This document shows, piece by piece, positions 39,775 to 49,770 of a DNA stretch of 64,000 nt. A program made the translations under genes and the position numbers. The stretch lies in NCBI GenBank assembly GCA_963804645.1, contig CAWDRG010000010.1, positions 96,001 through 160,000 on the forward strand. The letters run 5' to 3'. Source of the DNA: an uncultured Bacillota bacterium. Lineage in GTDB: Bacteria > Sysuimicrobiota > Sysuimicrobiia > Sysuimicrobiales > Segetimicrobiaceae. The stretch's first letter is position 1. Every line of letters begins with the position of its first letter. A model generated the notes under the pieces. It saw only the letters and a list, made by a program, of their open reading frames with translations. It was not told the origin of the DNA and made no database searches.

Positions 39775-41373
39775 ATGATGAAGGGCACGAAACAGGCACG
39801 CCCCGGCACGCACCGCCGCGCCATGACGCGCCGGGCACTGCTCACGTCCACGGCCGTCGGGGCCGCGGCGGTCGGCGGGGGAGCGCTCGGTGCGCTCGCC
39901 TGGGTCGCCGACGCGCCGGCGCCGGCACGCGCCGCGGCTGGCCCCAAGCCGCTCGTCATCGGGATCGACACGGACCCCCTCACGCTCGACACGCGGCTGA
40001 CGACCCCGACGCAGGCGTATCCGATGGTCCAGCACATCTGCGAGCCGCTGACGTTCCGCCAGACCAACGGGGTCGTCCTCCCCTATCTCGCGGAGTCGTG
40101 GCAACGTGAAGGCGCGCTCGTCATGCGCCTCAATCTCCGCAAGGGCGTCAAGTTTCACAACGGCGAGCCGTTCGACGCCGAGTCGGTCAAGTACTCGCTC
40201 GACAGCGTGGTCACGCCCGACGTGTTTCCGAAAACGACCGGCCAGAAGCGCGCGTGGCTGAAGGCCATCGACTCGGTGGAGATCGTGGACGCCAGCACGG
40301 TCCGCCTGCACCTGAAGTATCCGTCCCGTGCGGTGCTCTCGTACCTCTCGCTGTTCGGGATGCTGCCGCCCCAGGCCGCGAGGACGGCGGGCGAGCGGTT
40401 CGGTCTGCAGCCGGTCGGCACGGGACCGTATCGGTTCGTCGAGTACGTGCCGGGCACGCATCTGGCGATGGAGCCGAACGCCTCATGGTGGGGCGGACGT
40501 GCGAAGAACGGCGGCGTCACCTTTCGGTTCCTCCCCGAGAACGCGACCCGCATCGCCGCGCTCGAAGCCGGCGAGGTGTCGTGGATCAACAACCTGCCTC
40601 CGGACCAGGTGGCGCGCATCAAGGGGAATTCCGGTCTGCGCGTCAATGAGACGATGTCCACGCGCATCATGTACCTCGGGATCGTGATGGACCGGGCCCC
40701 GTTCAACAAAGCCGAGGCCCGGCAGGCGGTCAACATCGCCATCGACAAGCAGGCGATCGTCGCGCAGCTGATGGGCGGCCACGGCGCCGTCGCCTCGTCC
40801 GTGTACTCGCCGGCGATCCTGTACTACAAAGCGCAACCGGCGTACAGGTACGACAAGGCGCAGGCCCAGCGGCTGTTTGCGGAGGCCGGGGTCGACCGCA
40901 GCACCCCGGTCAAGTACACGTACCCCACCGGCCGGTATCTGAACGACAAACAGGTCGGGGAGGCGGTCGGTGACATGCTGACGGACGCCGGCCTCACCCT
41001 GCAGTCGGAGAGCCCCGAGTGGGGCGTGCTGTTCGACGACATGGCCAAGGGCTATGCGAACCTGTTCTTGGTCGGCTACGCCGATCTCACGCTCGACCCA
41101 GACTACGCGCTCAATTGGCTGTTTATCAGCGACACGAGTTGGATGCGCTACAAGAATCCGCAGGTGGACACGCTGGTCACGAAGGGCGATGCGACGACCG
41201 ACTCCACGCAGGCACAGTCGGCGTATCAGGATGCGCAGCAGACGATTTGGCACGACGCGCCGACCGGATTCCTGTATCTCCAGCCCGAAATCCACGGCAC
41301 CAGCGCCAACTTCGTTGGCGATCAACCCCGCCCGGACGAGTACTTTCTGTTCTGGAACAACTCGCTGCGGTAA
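39775..41373 (+). CDS. ABC transporter substrate-binding protein, family 5, Tat signal
   Basis: MTRRALL twin-Arg motif; LRKGVKFHNGEPFDAESVKYS; PVGTGPY. Confidence 0.92.
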   Translation: MMKGTKQARPGTHRRAMTRRALLTSTAVGAAAVGGGALGALAWVADAPAPARAAAGPKPLVIGIDTDPLTLDTRLTTPTQAYPMVQHICEPLTFRQTNGVVLPYLAESWQREGALVMRLNLRKGVKFHNGEPFDAESVKYSLDSVVTPDVFPKTTGQKRAWLKAIDSVEIVDASTVRLHLKYPSRAVLSYLSLFGMLPPQAARTAGERFGLQPVGTGPYRFVEYVPGTHLAMEPNASWWGGRAKNGGVTFRFLPENATRIAALEAGEVSWINNLPPDQVARIKGNSGLRVNETMSTRIMYLGIVMDRAPFNKAEARQAVNIAIDKQAIVAQLMGGHGAVASSVYSPAILYYKAQPAYRYDKAQAQRLFAEAGVDRSTPVKYTYPTGRYLNDKQVGEAVGDMLTDAGLTLQSESPEWGVLFDDMAKGYANLFLVGYADLTLDPDYALNWLFISDTSWMRYKNPQVDTLVTKGDATTDSTQAQSAYQDAQQTIWHDAPTGFLYLQPEIHGTSANFVGDQPRPDEYFLFWNNSLR

Positions 41374-41446
41374 TCATGGCGTCCGCGGGCGGCCGCGCAG
41401 GACCAGATCGCCCCGCCGCCCGCCCGCCGCGGCTCCTGGAGGGACC

Positions 41447-42367
41447 GTGGGCGGGCTCATAGCACGGCGCCTCGCCCACGGCCTCGTCGTCCTCTGGGGC
41501 GTCTCGGTGGTCGTCTTCCTCGTCCTCCGCGTCGTCCCGGGAGACCCGGTCCTCATCATGTTCCCGGAGGGCCTGTCCCCGCAGCGGCTGCGGGCGGAAC
41601 ATGCCGCCCTCGGCCTCGATCGCCCGCTTCTCATCCAGTACGGCGCGTTCGTGTCCCGGGCGCTCCACGGGGATCTCGGCGATTCGTTTCGCTACGAGCG
41701 GCCCGCGCTCGGGCTGGTGCTGCAGCGCTTTCCCGCCACCGCACAGCTCGCCGCGGTCGCGATGGCCATCACCATTCTGGTCGGGATCCCGCTGGGCTTA
41801 GTGGCGGCGGCGCAGCGGGGCGGATGGATCGACCGCACGGTCATGCTCACGGCCTCGTTGGGACAGTCGCTGCCCACCTTCTGGCTCGGGATCATGCTGA
41901 TCGTGATCTTCGCCGTCGCCCTCCACTGGCTCCCCACCTCCGGCCGGGGCTCGCTCGCGCAGCTCGTCCTCCCCGCGGTCACGCTGGCCGGCTACAGCAC
42001 GGCGCTGACCGCGCGCCTGACCCGTGCGGGCATGCTCGACGTCTTCGCGGAGCCGTACATCCGCACGGCGCGGGCGAAAGGGCTGCGCGAGATCACCGTC
42101 CTGATCCGGCACGTCCTGCGGAACGGGCTGATCCCGGTGGTGACGCTGCTCGGCCTGCAGGTCGGGACGCTCCTCGGCGGGGCGGTGATCACCGAGGCGG
42201 TGTTCGCCTGGCCCGGCGTCGGCCTTTTGGCGGTCAGCGCGGTGTTCACCCGCGACTACAACGTGGTGCAGGCCGTCGTGCTCCTATCCACCGTCATCTT
42301 CATCGTCGTGAACCTGTGCATCGACCTGTGCTACGTCGTCCTCGATCCCAGGATCCGGCTGGGGTAG
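41447..42367 (+). CDS. ABC peptide/nickel permease (DppB-like)
   Basis: PGDPV, SLPTFWLG, YIRTARAKGL, TEAVFAWPGVG, LDPRIR. Confidence 0.92.
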   Translation: MGGLIARRLAHGLVVLWGVSVVVFLVLRVVPGDPVLIMFPEGLSPQRLRAEHAALGLDRPLLIQYGAFVSRALHGDLGDSFRYERPALGLVLQRFPATAQLAAVAMAITILVGIPLGLVAAAQRGGWIDRTVMLTASLGQSLPTFWLGIMLIVIFAVALHWLPTSGRGSLAQLVLPAVTLAGYSTALTARLTRAGMLDVFAEPYIRTARAKGLREITVLIRHVLRNGLIPVVTLLGLQVGTLLGGAVITEAVFAWPGVGLLAVSAVFTRDYNVVQAVVLLSTVIFIVVNLCIDLCYVVLDPRIRLG

Positions 42368-42372
42368 CCGCC

Positions 42373-43278
42373 GTGGCGGAGCGCGCGGGGACACGCATCA
42401 TCCGACGCCAGCACGCCGCGGCGGTGTTCGCGGCGCGCGCCGGGGCGGCGATCCGCCGCGTCGGCCGGGAGCGGTCGGCCCTTGCCGCCGCGGTCTTCGT
42501 GATGCTCGTCGTGGTCGGCGCCGTGGGGGCCCCGTGGCTCGCGCCGTACGACCCGGTGCGGTCTCACCTGATCGACCGCTTGCAGGCGCCGTCGTTCGGG
42601 ACCGGCCACTGGTTTGGGACCGATCAGCTCGGCCGCGACATCCTGAGCCGCGTCATCGCGGGGTCGCGCGTGTCGCTCACGGTTGGCGCCGCGGCGGTGG
42701 TCGGCGAAGGCCTGCTCGGGACCGCGCTCGGGCTGGTGGCCGGATACTCCCGGGGCGTCGCGGACACGGTCATCATGCGCGCGGTGGAGGTCCAGCTCGC
42801 GTTCCCCTTCGTGCTGCTCGCGCTCGCGATCGTCGCGGCGCTCGGCCCGGGCGTCGGAAACCTCATCATCGTGTTCATCGTCACCGGATGGGTTGTGTTC
42901 GCCCGGGTGGTGCGGGCGCAGGTGCTGCAGCTGCGCGAACGCGACTTTGTCGAGGCGAGCAGGAGCCTCGGCGCCACGTCCGCGCGCGTGCTGCTGCGTC
43001 ACATTCTCCCGAACGTGACCGGCTCGCTGATCGTGGTCGGGTCCTTCGAGTTGGCGAAGATCATCGTCTGGGAAGCCTCGCTCAGCTTTCTCGGGCTGGG
43101 CGTTCCGCCGCGCACCGTCTCGTGGGGCGCAATGCTGAGCGACGGCCGGCAGTACGTCGACACCGCCTGGTGGGTGGCCACATTTCCCGGGCTGGCGCTC
43201 GTAGGGGTCGTCCTCGCCGTCAACACGATCGGCGACGCGCTGCGGGACGCACTGGATCCGCGGGTGGAACGCGTCTGA
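42373..43278 (+). CDS. ABC peptide/nickel permease (DppC-like)
   Basis: HWFGTDQLGRD, DFVEASRSLGA, EASLSFLGLG, GDALRDALDPR. Confidence 0.92.
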   Translation: MAERAGTRIIRRQHAAAVFAARAGAAIRRVGRERSALAAAVFVMLVVVGAVGAPWLAPYDPVRSHLIDRLQAPSFGTGHWFGTDQLGRDILSRVIAGSRVSLTVGAAAVVGEGLLGTALGLVAGYSRGVADTVIMRAVEVQLAFPFVLLALAIVAALGPGVGNLIIVFIVTGWVVFARVVRAQVLQLRERDFVEASRSLGATSARVLLRHILPNVTGSLIVVGSFELAKIIVWEASLSFLGLGVPPRTVSWGAMLSDGRQYVDTAWWVATFPGLALVGVVLAVNTIGDALRDALDPRVERV

Positions 43279-43350
43279 CCGGACGGGTGCACCGCCGGAG
43301 CATCAACCGGCGGGTCCCAGCACGCCCCCCGCGCAGAGCCGAATGGGACC

Positions 43351-44079
43351 CTACAGCGCGGGACGAAACGGGAACACTTGCAGGATCCAGCCGTCGAGCC
43401 GGTACACCCAGTCGAAGAGCAGCGAGGCCCCCATCACCACGAGGAAGGCACCGCTGACAACCTGGATCGTTCGCAGGTATCGGCTGACCGACCGCAGCAT
43501 GCGGAACCCGGTCGTGAGCAGCAGCGCGGTTCCGAGGAACGGCAGCCCGAGCCCCAATGCGTAGACGAACAGCAGCGTCGCGCCATCGCCCGCCCGCTGC
43601 GTCGTCGCGGCGAGCGTCAGAATCGCCCCGAGGATCGGGCCCACGCACGGGATCCACGCGAACCCGAAGGCCATGCCGACCAGCAGGATGCCGGCCCACC
43701 CCGTCGGACGCTGTGTGATCTGGACGCGCCGCTCCCGGAACAACCCCGGGATCGGGACGGCCCCCAACATCACCAGCCCGAGCAGGATCACGATCGCGCC
43801 CCCGATGCGGCTCAGCAGTTCGCGGTTGGACAGCACAAAGCCGCCCACCAGCGACGCCGATGCCCCGAGCGACGTAAAGATCAGGGAGAACCCGAGCACG
43901 AACAGCGTCGTCGCGCCGAGAATTCGGCCGAAGTGCCGGCGGCGGTCCGCCTGCTCCATCTCCGCAAGGGACACGCCCGAGACGAACGACAGATACCCGG
44001 GGATCAGGGGCACGACGCAGGGCGAGAAAAACCCCAGGACGCCCGCCGCGAACGCGATCAGCAGATTCAGATGCGCCAC
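43351..44079 (-). CDS. ccdA: Cytochrome c biogenesis / DsbD-type thiol-disulfide transporter CcdA
   Basis: FFSPCVVPLIPGY and AWIPCVGPIL Cys motifs; 6 transmembrane segments. Confidence 0.92.
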   Translation of the reverse strand: MAHLNLLIAFAAGVLGFFSPCVVPLIPGYLSFVSGVSLAEMEQADRRRHFGRILGATTLFVLGFSLIFTSLGASASLVGGFVLSNRELLSRIGGAIVILLGLVMLGAVPIPGLFRERRVQITQRPTGWAGILLVGMAFGFAWIPCVGPILGAILTLAATTQRAGDGATLLFVYALGLGLPFLGTALLLTTGFRMLRSVSRYLRTIQVVSGAFLVVMGASLLFDWVYRLDGWILQVFPFRPAL

Positions 44080-44125
44080 GCGCGTCCCTCCGCCCCCACC
44101 CGCCGGGGTGCCCCGTACCGCCCGT

Positions 44126-44617
44126 TCATCGGTGGACGAGCGTCTCGATGGTGGCTTCGAGCGCCTGCTCGCTCGACGGCCCGTACTCCGCCCGCAGCAG
44201 GGTGCCGTCCTTCGCGATCACGGCCCAGAACGGCTGGACCGTGAAGCCGTACGCCTTCGCAATGCGGCCGTTATCGTCGTAGCCGTTCGGGAACGTCAGG
44301 TGGTACCGCTGCACGAACGCCTCGACGCCGGGCTTGGTGTCGAGGAGCCCGAACCCGACGATCGCGATCCCTTTACCTTGCCAGCGCTGATACGCGCGCT
44401 CCCACCCCGGCGCCTCACCGTTGCATGTCGGGCACCACGGCGCCCAAAACAGCAGGATCACCGGCGTACCCTTCAGGTCGGAGAGGCTGAGCATCTTTCC
44501 GCTGAGCAAGGGGAGGGTAAACGCGGGGGCGAGCCGCGGCGCAGCGGATGCCGCCGGCAGTGCTACAAGCGCCAGCGTCACCGCCCACAATGCCATTCGC
44601 ACCAACACCCTCGACAT
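44126..44617 (-). CDS. TlpA/ResA-family thiol-disulfide oxidoreductase
   Basis: Signal peptide; APAFTL, FWAPWCPTC; upstream of ccdA. Confidence 0.88.
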   Translation of the reverse strand: MSRVLVRMALWAVTLALVALPAASAAPRLAPAFTLPLLSGKMLSLSDLKGTPVILLFWAPWCPTCNGEAPGWERAYQRWQGKGIAIVGFGLLDTKPGVEAFVQRYHLTFPNGYDDNGRIAKAYGFTVQPFWAVIAKDGTLLRAEYGPSSEQALEATIETLVHR

Positions 44618-44836
44618 TCGGCCGCATCCCTCCGGCGAACCACGTTCCCACCCGCTACCGTACCCTTCTATTGTAACGAAATGCCGCGCGGTGGTGAAGC
44701 CGCGCCGTCCCGCCGCGCCCGGGGTGCATGGCAGGAGCCGTGCGGCGTCGCGGTGTATCGGCCACGATGAGGTCAACCGCCGTCATCACACAGGACTTGC
44801 GGCGGCACGCGACATCGGGAACACGGGGGGCACACG

Positions 44837-46090
44837 GTGGCAAGGAAACCGGTCAAGAGACAGTCCGTCAAGAAGGCATCCCGGACGACGTCGACCACGC
44901 ACATCGTCCACCGAGACCCCGCGGCGCCGGCCCATCCCGGTCCGGGGCGTTCCGGACGGGTCTTCCACGCGCAACGGTTCCCCGCCGCCGGGTTTTCCAC
45001 GATCAAGAGCCCCTCGCAGTCATCGCCGCTGCAGCCGCTGCCAACGCCGACCGGGTTTCCGCCGTTTCATCTGTCGTTGGATTCGGTGCTGTCTGCGACC
45101 GCGATCCAGCGGATCCAACAGAGCGGACGGCTCGTCCTGCACGCGGTCGGCGACACGGGCGGGGTCAACACCCCCACGCCGCAGGAGGTCGTCGCCCGCT
45201 ACATGGAGCAGGATTTCGCGACCACCGGCGATCTGTCGCGCAACCCGTCGTTTTTCTACCACATCGGCGACGTCGTCTATTACGCGGGCGAGACCGCGAA
45301 CTATTATGCCGAGTTTTATGAGCCGTACAACCAGTACCCGGCGCCGATCGTCGCGATTCCCGGGAACCACGACGGCGACGTCAATCCCAACGCTCCCGAG
45401 GCGTCACTCGCCGCGTTCGTCCGCAACTTTTGCGCGAAGATCCCCGTGCATACCCCCGAAGCGCAGGATTCGCCGAGACAGGCGATGACCCAACCGAACG
45501 TGTACTGGACGCTCGAGGCCGAGCTCGCCACGATCATCGGGCTTTACAGCAACTGTCCAGAGGGCGGCGAGCTCGACCAGACCCAGATCGCGTGGTTCCA
45601 GGAAGAACTCGCCGCCGCCCCGCGCAACCAGGCCCTGATCGTCGCGGTCCATCATCCGATCTATTCGGCCTACGGACCGCATCCGGGGAGCCAGCCTCTC
45701 AATGCGGTATTGGAGGCCGCGTGCCAAGCGAGCGGACGGACGCCGGACCTGGTGCTCACCGGGCACGTGCACAACTACCAGCGGTTTACCGCGCCGCTGG
45801 CCGGGCGCACGATCAACTTCATCGTGGCGGGGGCCGGCGGCTACAACCAGCAGCTCCACATGCTCGCGAAGGAGTTCAACGCCACGAAGGTGCCGATCCA
45901 GATGGCCGGATCCCCGGGAACGCTGCAGAGCTTCTGTGACACGAACCACGGCTATCTCGTAATTCAGGTCACCGCCACGTCGATCCACTGCGAGTACCGT
46001 GCGCTCCCGAACGTGGATCCCAATCTTCCCGCCGCGAAGCTGCCGGCGGCCAAAGTGTACGACACCGTCGACATTCCCATCGGCGGATAG
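44837..46090 (+). CDS. Metallophosphoesterase (purple-acid-phosphatase-like)
   Basis: VGDTG, GDVVY, PGNHD, HHPIY, GHVHNY, GAGG. Confidence 0.88.
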   Translation: MARKPVKRQSVKKASRTTSTTHIVHRDPAAPAHPGPGRSGRVFHAQRFPAAGFSTIKSPSQSSPLQPLPTPTGFPPFHLSLDSVLSATAIQRIQQSGRLVLHAVGDTGGVNTPTPQEVVARYMEQDFATTGDLSRNPSFFYHIGDVVYYAGETANYYAEFYEPYNQYPAPIVAIPGNHDGDVNPNAPEASLAAFVRNFCAKIPVHTPEAQDSPRQAMTQPNVYWTLEAELATIIGLYSNCPEGGELDQTQIAWFQEELAAAPRNQALIVAVHHPIYSAYGPHPGSQPLNAVLEAACQASGRTPDLVLTGHVHNYQRFTAPLAGRTINFIVAGAGGYNQQLHMLAKEFNATKVPIQMAGSPGTLQSFCDTNHGYLVIQVTATSIHCEYRALPNVDPNLPAAKLPAAKVYDTVDIPIGG

Positions 46091-46122
46091 CGCGCCAGGC
46101 GCGCGAGGGACCGCGACCCCGG

Positions 46123-46575
46123 TTACCAGACCCTGACCGGGATGCCCTGGAGCGCCCGCAGATAACAGATTTGTCCCCCGTGGTAGCTGTCGTGGGCAAT
46201 GAGGCCTCGGACCGTGTCGAGGTCCGCGGCGGCGTGGGCTGCGAGCGCCGCCGCCACGCGCGCCTGCGCGTCACGGAGCCCCTGCAGCGACGCGCGCCAC
46301 GCGTGCTCCGTGACCGCTGGGATCGGACGCCAGTCCACGCCCACGTGCCATCCTGAGGGGCGCGGCGGCTCTCCCGAGATCCGCCGCGCCCCGCCGTCCT
46401 TCCAGAGCGCCACGTGATCGACAATCTGCCAGATCGAATTCCGCGAGGGCGCCGGCGTCCAGGCCGCCTGGGCGGCGGTCAGGTCCCTCACCGAGTCCCA
46501 GAGTGACACATGCCACCCCTCCTTGCCGAACACGAAGTCCATCCATTCTCTGAGAGACAACGACGTCGCGTCCAC
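46123..46575 (-). CDS. DinB-family protein
   Basis: WH..L..LTAAQAAW, NSIWQIVDHV, AHDSYHGGQI. Confidence 0.85.
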   Translation of the reverse strand: MDATSLSLREWMDFVFGKEGWHVSLWDSVRDLTAAQAAWTPAPSRNSIWQIVDHVALWKDGGARRISGEPPRPSGWHVGVDWRPIPAVTEHAWRASLQGLRDAQARVAAALAAHAAADLDTVRGLIAHDSYHGGQICYLRALQGIPVRVW

Positions 46576-46991
46576 GATGCCACCTCTTCCCGCCGTGCGT
46601 ATCTCGCACGACCGTAGGTCGCCGCACGGTCCTTGACCGCGCCTGCCTTCGGCGGCCGCGGGGTTCCGGCCGCGGGCCCGTTAATGCACCCGCCGCCCGC
46701 GCTAACCTCTTCGCCGATTGATACGGCGGATCCGGCTCGAGCGCCGTCGGTGTCATGGGTATCTCGCGGCGTTCGCAAGAGGCGGCTCCGCTGCCCGGAT
46801 GGGCCCGACCCGCGTCGAGCAGCCGGGCCCAACCCGCCGGCCTTCGAACCCGAGCGGAGCGCTCATGACCGCGGGGCCGGCAGGGACGGGCGGGCGCGTT
46901 CGCGTATACCGCGATTCCGGCCATCCCGCCACCGTGGCGAAGTCCGGCCGGGACGCGGCCGGCGGCGGTGGGCGGCGAAGGAGGAAGAGCC

Positions 46992-47825
46992 GTGGCGGAA
47001 CCGCGCGTGATCTACCAAGGCGGCCAGGGGACACCGATCGACGCGGACCAGGAGTTCTACGGACGCCTCGCCCGGGACACTGACCGGCGGACGCTGGTCG
47101 ACAGGTTCGTCATCCCCCGCCGGTCCGGACGGGCCTGGATCGTCCCCGCCACCCACCTGTGTCGCATCGTCGCGAACGAAGGGCCGCAGGTCGGCGACTT
47201 GAACCTCTGGAACGCCCATAATCCCCGCGAGCGGTTTTGGGCGTCGCGGACCCGGCAGCTGCATGCCGCCCACGTGACGACGTACGATCGGCTGTGGTCG
47301 TGCCTCCCGTACTTGCGCCCGCTCGTGACCATCACGGGCGACAGCGTCGGCTACGGACTTGACGAGGACGGGGCGGGATGCCACGACCTCCTCGGCACCC
47401 GCTGCGACCCCTATGTGCACAAACTGCTCAACGGCGAGGAACTCGACGTCTGCTGTCACTCCAACCTTGTCCGGGCGGTTTCGGTGGCGCCGTACCGCCT
47501 CACCGAACTGGACGTGCACGATGTCCTCAACGTCTTTCAGGTCACCGGACTAACCCGCGACGGACGGTACTTCGTGAAACCAAGCCCCGCCCGGCGAGGA
47601 GATTTCTTCGAGTTTTTCGCGGAGCTGGATGTGCTCTGCGCGCTGTCGACGTGTCCGCACGGCGACCTTTCCGTGGCGATGTGGGGCTCGGAGCGCGCGG
47701 ATCCCCTCGACACCTGCCGCCCGCTGGCGGTCGAAGTGTACAGACCGGCGCCGGAGCTTCTCGACGGCTGGACCCCGCCGCGACAGGCCGACTACCGAGG
47801 CCTGCACGGGCTGACGCCGCCATAA
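46992..47825 (+). CDS. DUF1989 / urea-carboxylase-associated family protein
   Basis: GPQVGDLNLW, HDLLGTRCDPY, CCHSNL, VHDVLNVF, STCP; RBS GGAGG. Confidence 0.85.
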   Translation: MAEPRVIYQGGQGTPIDADQEFYGRLARDTDRRTLVDRFVIPRRSGRAWIVPATHLCRIVANEGPQVGDLNLWNAHNPRERFWASRTRQLHAAHVTTYDRLWSCLPYLRPLVTITGDSVGYGLDEDGAGCHDLLGTRCDPYVHKLLNGEELDVCCHSNLVRAVSVAPYRLTELDVHDVLNVFQVTGLTRDGRYFVKPSPARRGDFFEFFAELDVLCALSTCPHGDLSVAMWGSERADPLDTCRPLAVEVYRPAPELLDGWTPPRQADYRGLHGLTPP

Positions 47826-47990
47826 GGAAAGGAGTCCCGGCACGGGGCTGGTAATCCTACCGAGACCGCGCGGGCTGCGCGCTCGCGGCACCGCGGAGCG
47901 ATCCGCACGCGCGGCCGGGGCATCCGCCCGCAGGGGACCACGCGCAGGTAAGCGCGAACAGGCTGGTACGTCGGTGGAGGATGGGCGCGC

Positions 47991-48752
47991 ATGAAACTGC
48001 GGGAGCGGGTCGCGATCATCACCGGATCCAGCATGGGAATCGGCGAGGCGATCGCCTGGGACTACGCGCGCGAGGGGGCGCGGCTCGTGCTTCACTCCCG
48101 CGCGCAGGAACGGGCGGAACGCGTGGCCGGCGCCCTGCGGGCCCAGGGGCACGACGCGGTCGCGATCGCCGGTGACGTGCGCGAGCCGGCCACGGCGGCG
48201 CGGCTCGTCGATGCGGCGGTCGCCCGGTGGGAGCGCCTGGACATCCTGGTCAACAACGCGGGAACGTCCATGATCGGCGCGTCCGAAACGCTGCCCGCCG
48301 AAGGGTGGCAGATGACGATCGATACCAACCTGTCGGGCGCGTTCTTCTGCGCCCAGGCGGCGGCGAGGGTCATGATCCCCCGCCGGCGCGGCGTCATCCT
48401 GAACATCTCCTCGATCCTCGGCGAGGTCGGGCTTCCCAAGCGTGCTGCGTACTGCGCGAGTAAGCACGGGCTCATCGGCCTGACGAAGGTGCTCGCCGCG
48501 GAGTGGGCGCGGCACCGCATCCGGGTCCTCAGCATTGATCCCGCGTACATCAAGACGCCGATGGACGTGCACGATCAGGCGACCGGGGATTACACGGATG
48601 CGGACATCGAACGGCGGACGCCCGCGGGACGCTTTGGGACCGTTGAGGACGTGGCGCGCGCCGCGCTCTTCGCGGCGTCCGACGACGCCGATTACATCAC
48701 CGGTTCGTGCATCACGGTCGACGGCGGGTGGGTCGCCTACGGTGGCTGGTAA
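47991..48752 (+). CDS. Short-chain dehydrogenase/reductase
   Basis: ITGSSMGIG, LVNNAG, YCASKHG, VDGGW. Confidence 0.9.
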   Translation: MKLRERVAIITGSSMGIGEAIAWDYAREGARLVLHSRAQERAERVAGALRAQGHDAVAIAGDVREPATAARLVDAAVARWERLDILVNNAGTSMIGASETLPAEGWQMTIDTNLSGAFFCAQAAARVMIPRRRGVILNISSILGEVGLPKRAAYCASKHGLIGLTKVLAAEWARHRIRVLSIDPAYIKTPMDVHDQATGDYTDADIERRTPAGRFGTVEDVARAALFAASDDADYITGSCITVDGGWVAYGGW

Positions 48753-48786
48753 ACGCGACGGGCCGGGCCGGACCCGCCACCCTGAA

Positions 48787-49770
48787 GTGACGGAGCCGCG
48801 GCTCAGCGCCGCCGACCTTCGCGATCTCCTTCGATACATGCTGCTGCAGCGTCTCGCGGAGGAGCGCATCGTCGCCCTCTACCGTGGGGGCATGATCGTG
48901 GGCGCCTGCTTCACGGGCTACGGCCACGAGGCGACCACGGTCGGCGCCGCCTTTGCGCTCGGCCCCGACGACGTCGCCGCGACCCTGCACCGCGATCTCG
49001 GCGCACGGCTGGTCCTCGGGATGCCACTGCGGTACTACTTCGCGAACTTCTTGGGCCGCGTGGGCTCGCCGACCCGGGGACGGGAAGGCAACCTCCATAT
49101 CGGCGGCCTGGGACCGCGCATTCTCCTCCACACCGATTTCATCGGTGCCAACGTCCCCGTGGCGGCCGGCGCGGCGCTCGCGTTCGCGGTCCGCCAGGAG
49201 ACGCGGGTCGCGATGGCGTTCTTCGGCGAAGGGACGCTGGCTACGGGAGAGTTCCACGAAGGGGCGAATCTCGCCGCGGTGCTGCGGCTGCCGCTCGTCC
49301 TTGTCTGCTGGAACAATCAATTCGCGTACTCGACGCCGGTCGACCGAGAGGTGGCGGGTCCGATCGTCGATCGGATGGCGGGGTACGGCATGGCCGCCGC
49401 GGCCGTGGACGGCAATGACGTGCTCGCCGTGCACGCGGCCGCGCGGGAGGCGGTCGACCGCGCGCGTCGCGGTGGCGGGCCCACGTTCCTCGAATGCCGG
49501 ACGATGCGCATGCGGGGCCACTCCGAGGCCGACAACGCGACCTACGTGCCTCAGACGCTGCTCGACGAGTGGCGCGGGCGCGATCCCGTGGAGCGCTTCG
49601 AGGCCTGGCTTGCGGAGGCCGGCGTGCTGGACCGCGCCGCCATCGAGCGGGTGCGCGCCGAGGTGCTCGCGGAGGTCGACGAGTCGCTGGCGTGGGCGGA
49701 AGCCAGCCCGGCTCCCGAGGCATCCGAGGTGACCCGCGGCGTCTACTGCGAGGAACGGCCATGGCCGTGA
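48787..49770 (+). CDS. 2-oxoacid/acetoin dehydrogenase E1 alpha subunit
   Basis: GHEA, HRD, FGEG...WNNQFAYST ThDP motif, DGND, RMRGHSEAD; start approximate. Confidence 0.9.
   Translation: MTEPRLSAADLRDLLRYMLLQRLAEERIVALYRGGMIVGACFTGYGHEATTVGAAFALGPDDVAATLHRDLGARLVLGMPLRYYFANFLGRVGSPTRGREGNLHIGGLGPRILLHTDFIGANVPVAAGAALAFAVRQETRVAMAFFGEGTLATGEFHEGANLAAVLRLPLVLVCWNNQFAYSTPVDREVAGPIVDRMAGYGMAAAAVDGNDVLAVHAAAREAVDRARRGGGPTFLECRTMRMRGHSEADNATYVPQTLLDEWRGRDPVERFEAWLAEAGVLDRAAIERVRAEVLAEVDESLAWAEASPAPEASEVTRGVYCEERPWP

Noticed and set aside
46576..46991. Guanidine (ykkC) riboswitch upstream of DUF1989
   Set aside because: GGGTTCCG is present but the other ykkC elements are missing; the hairpin near the RBS has a GGACG loop rather than tandem ACGR loops
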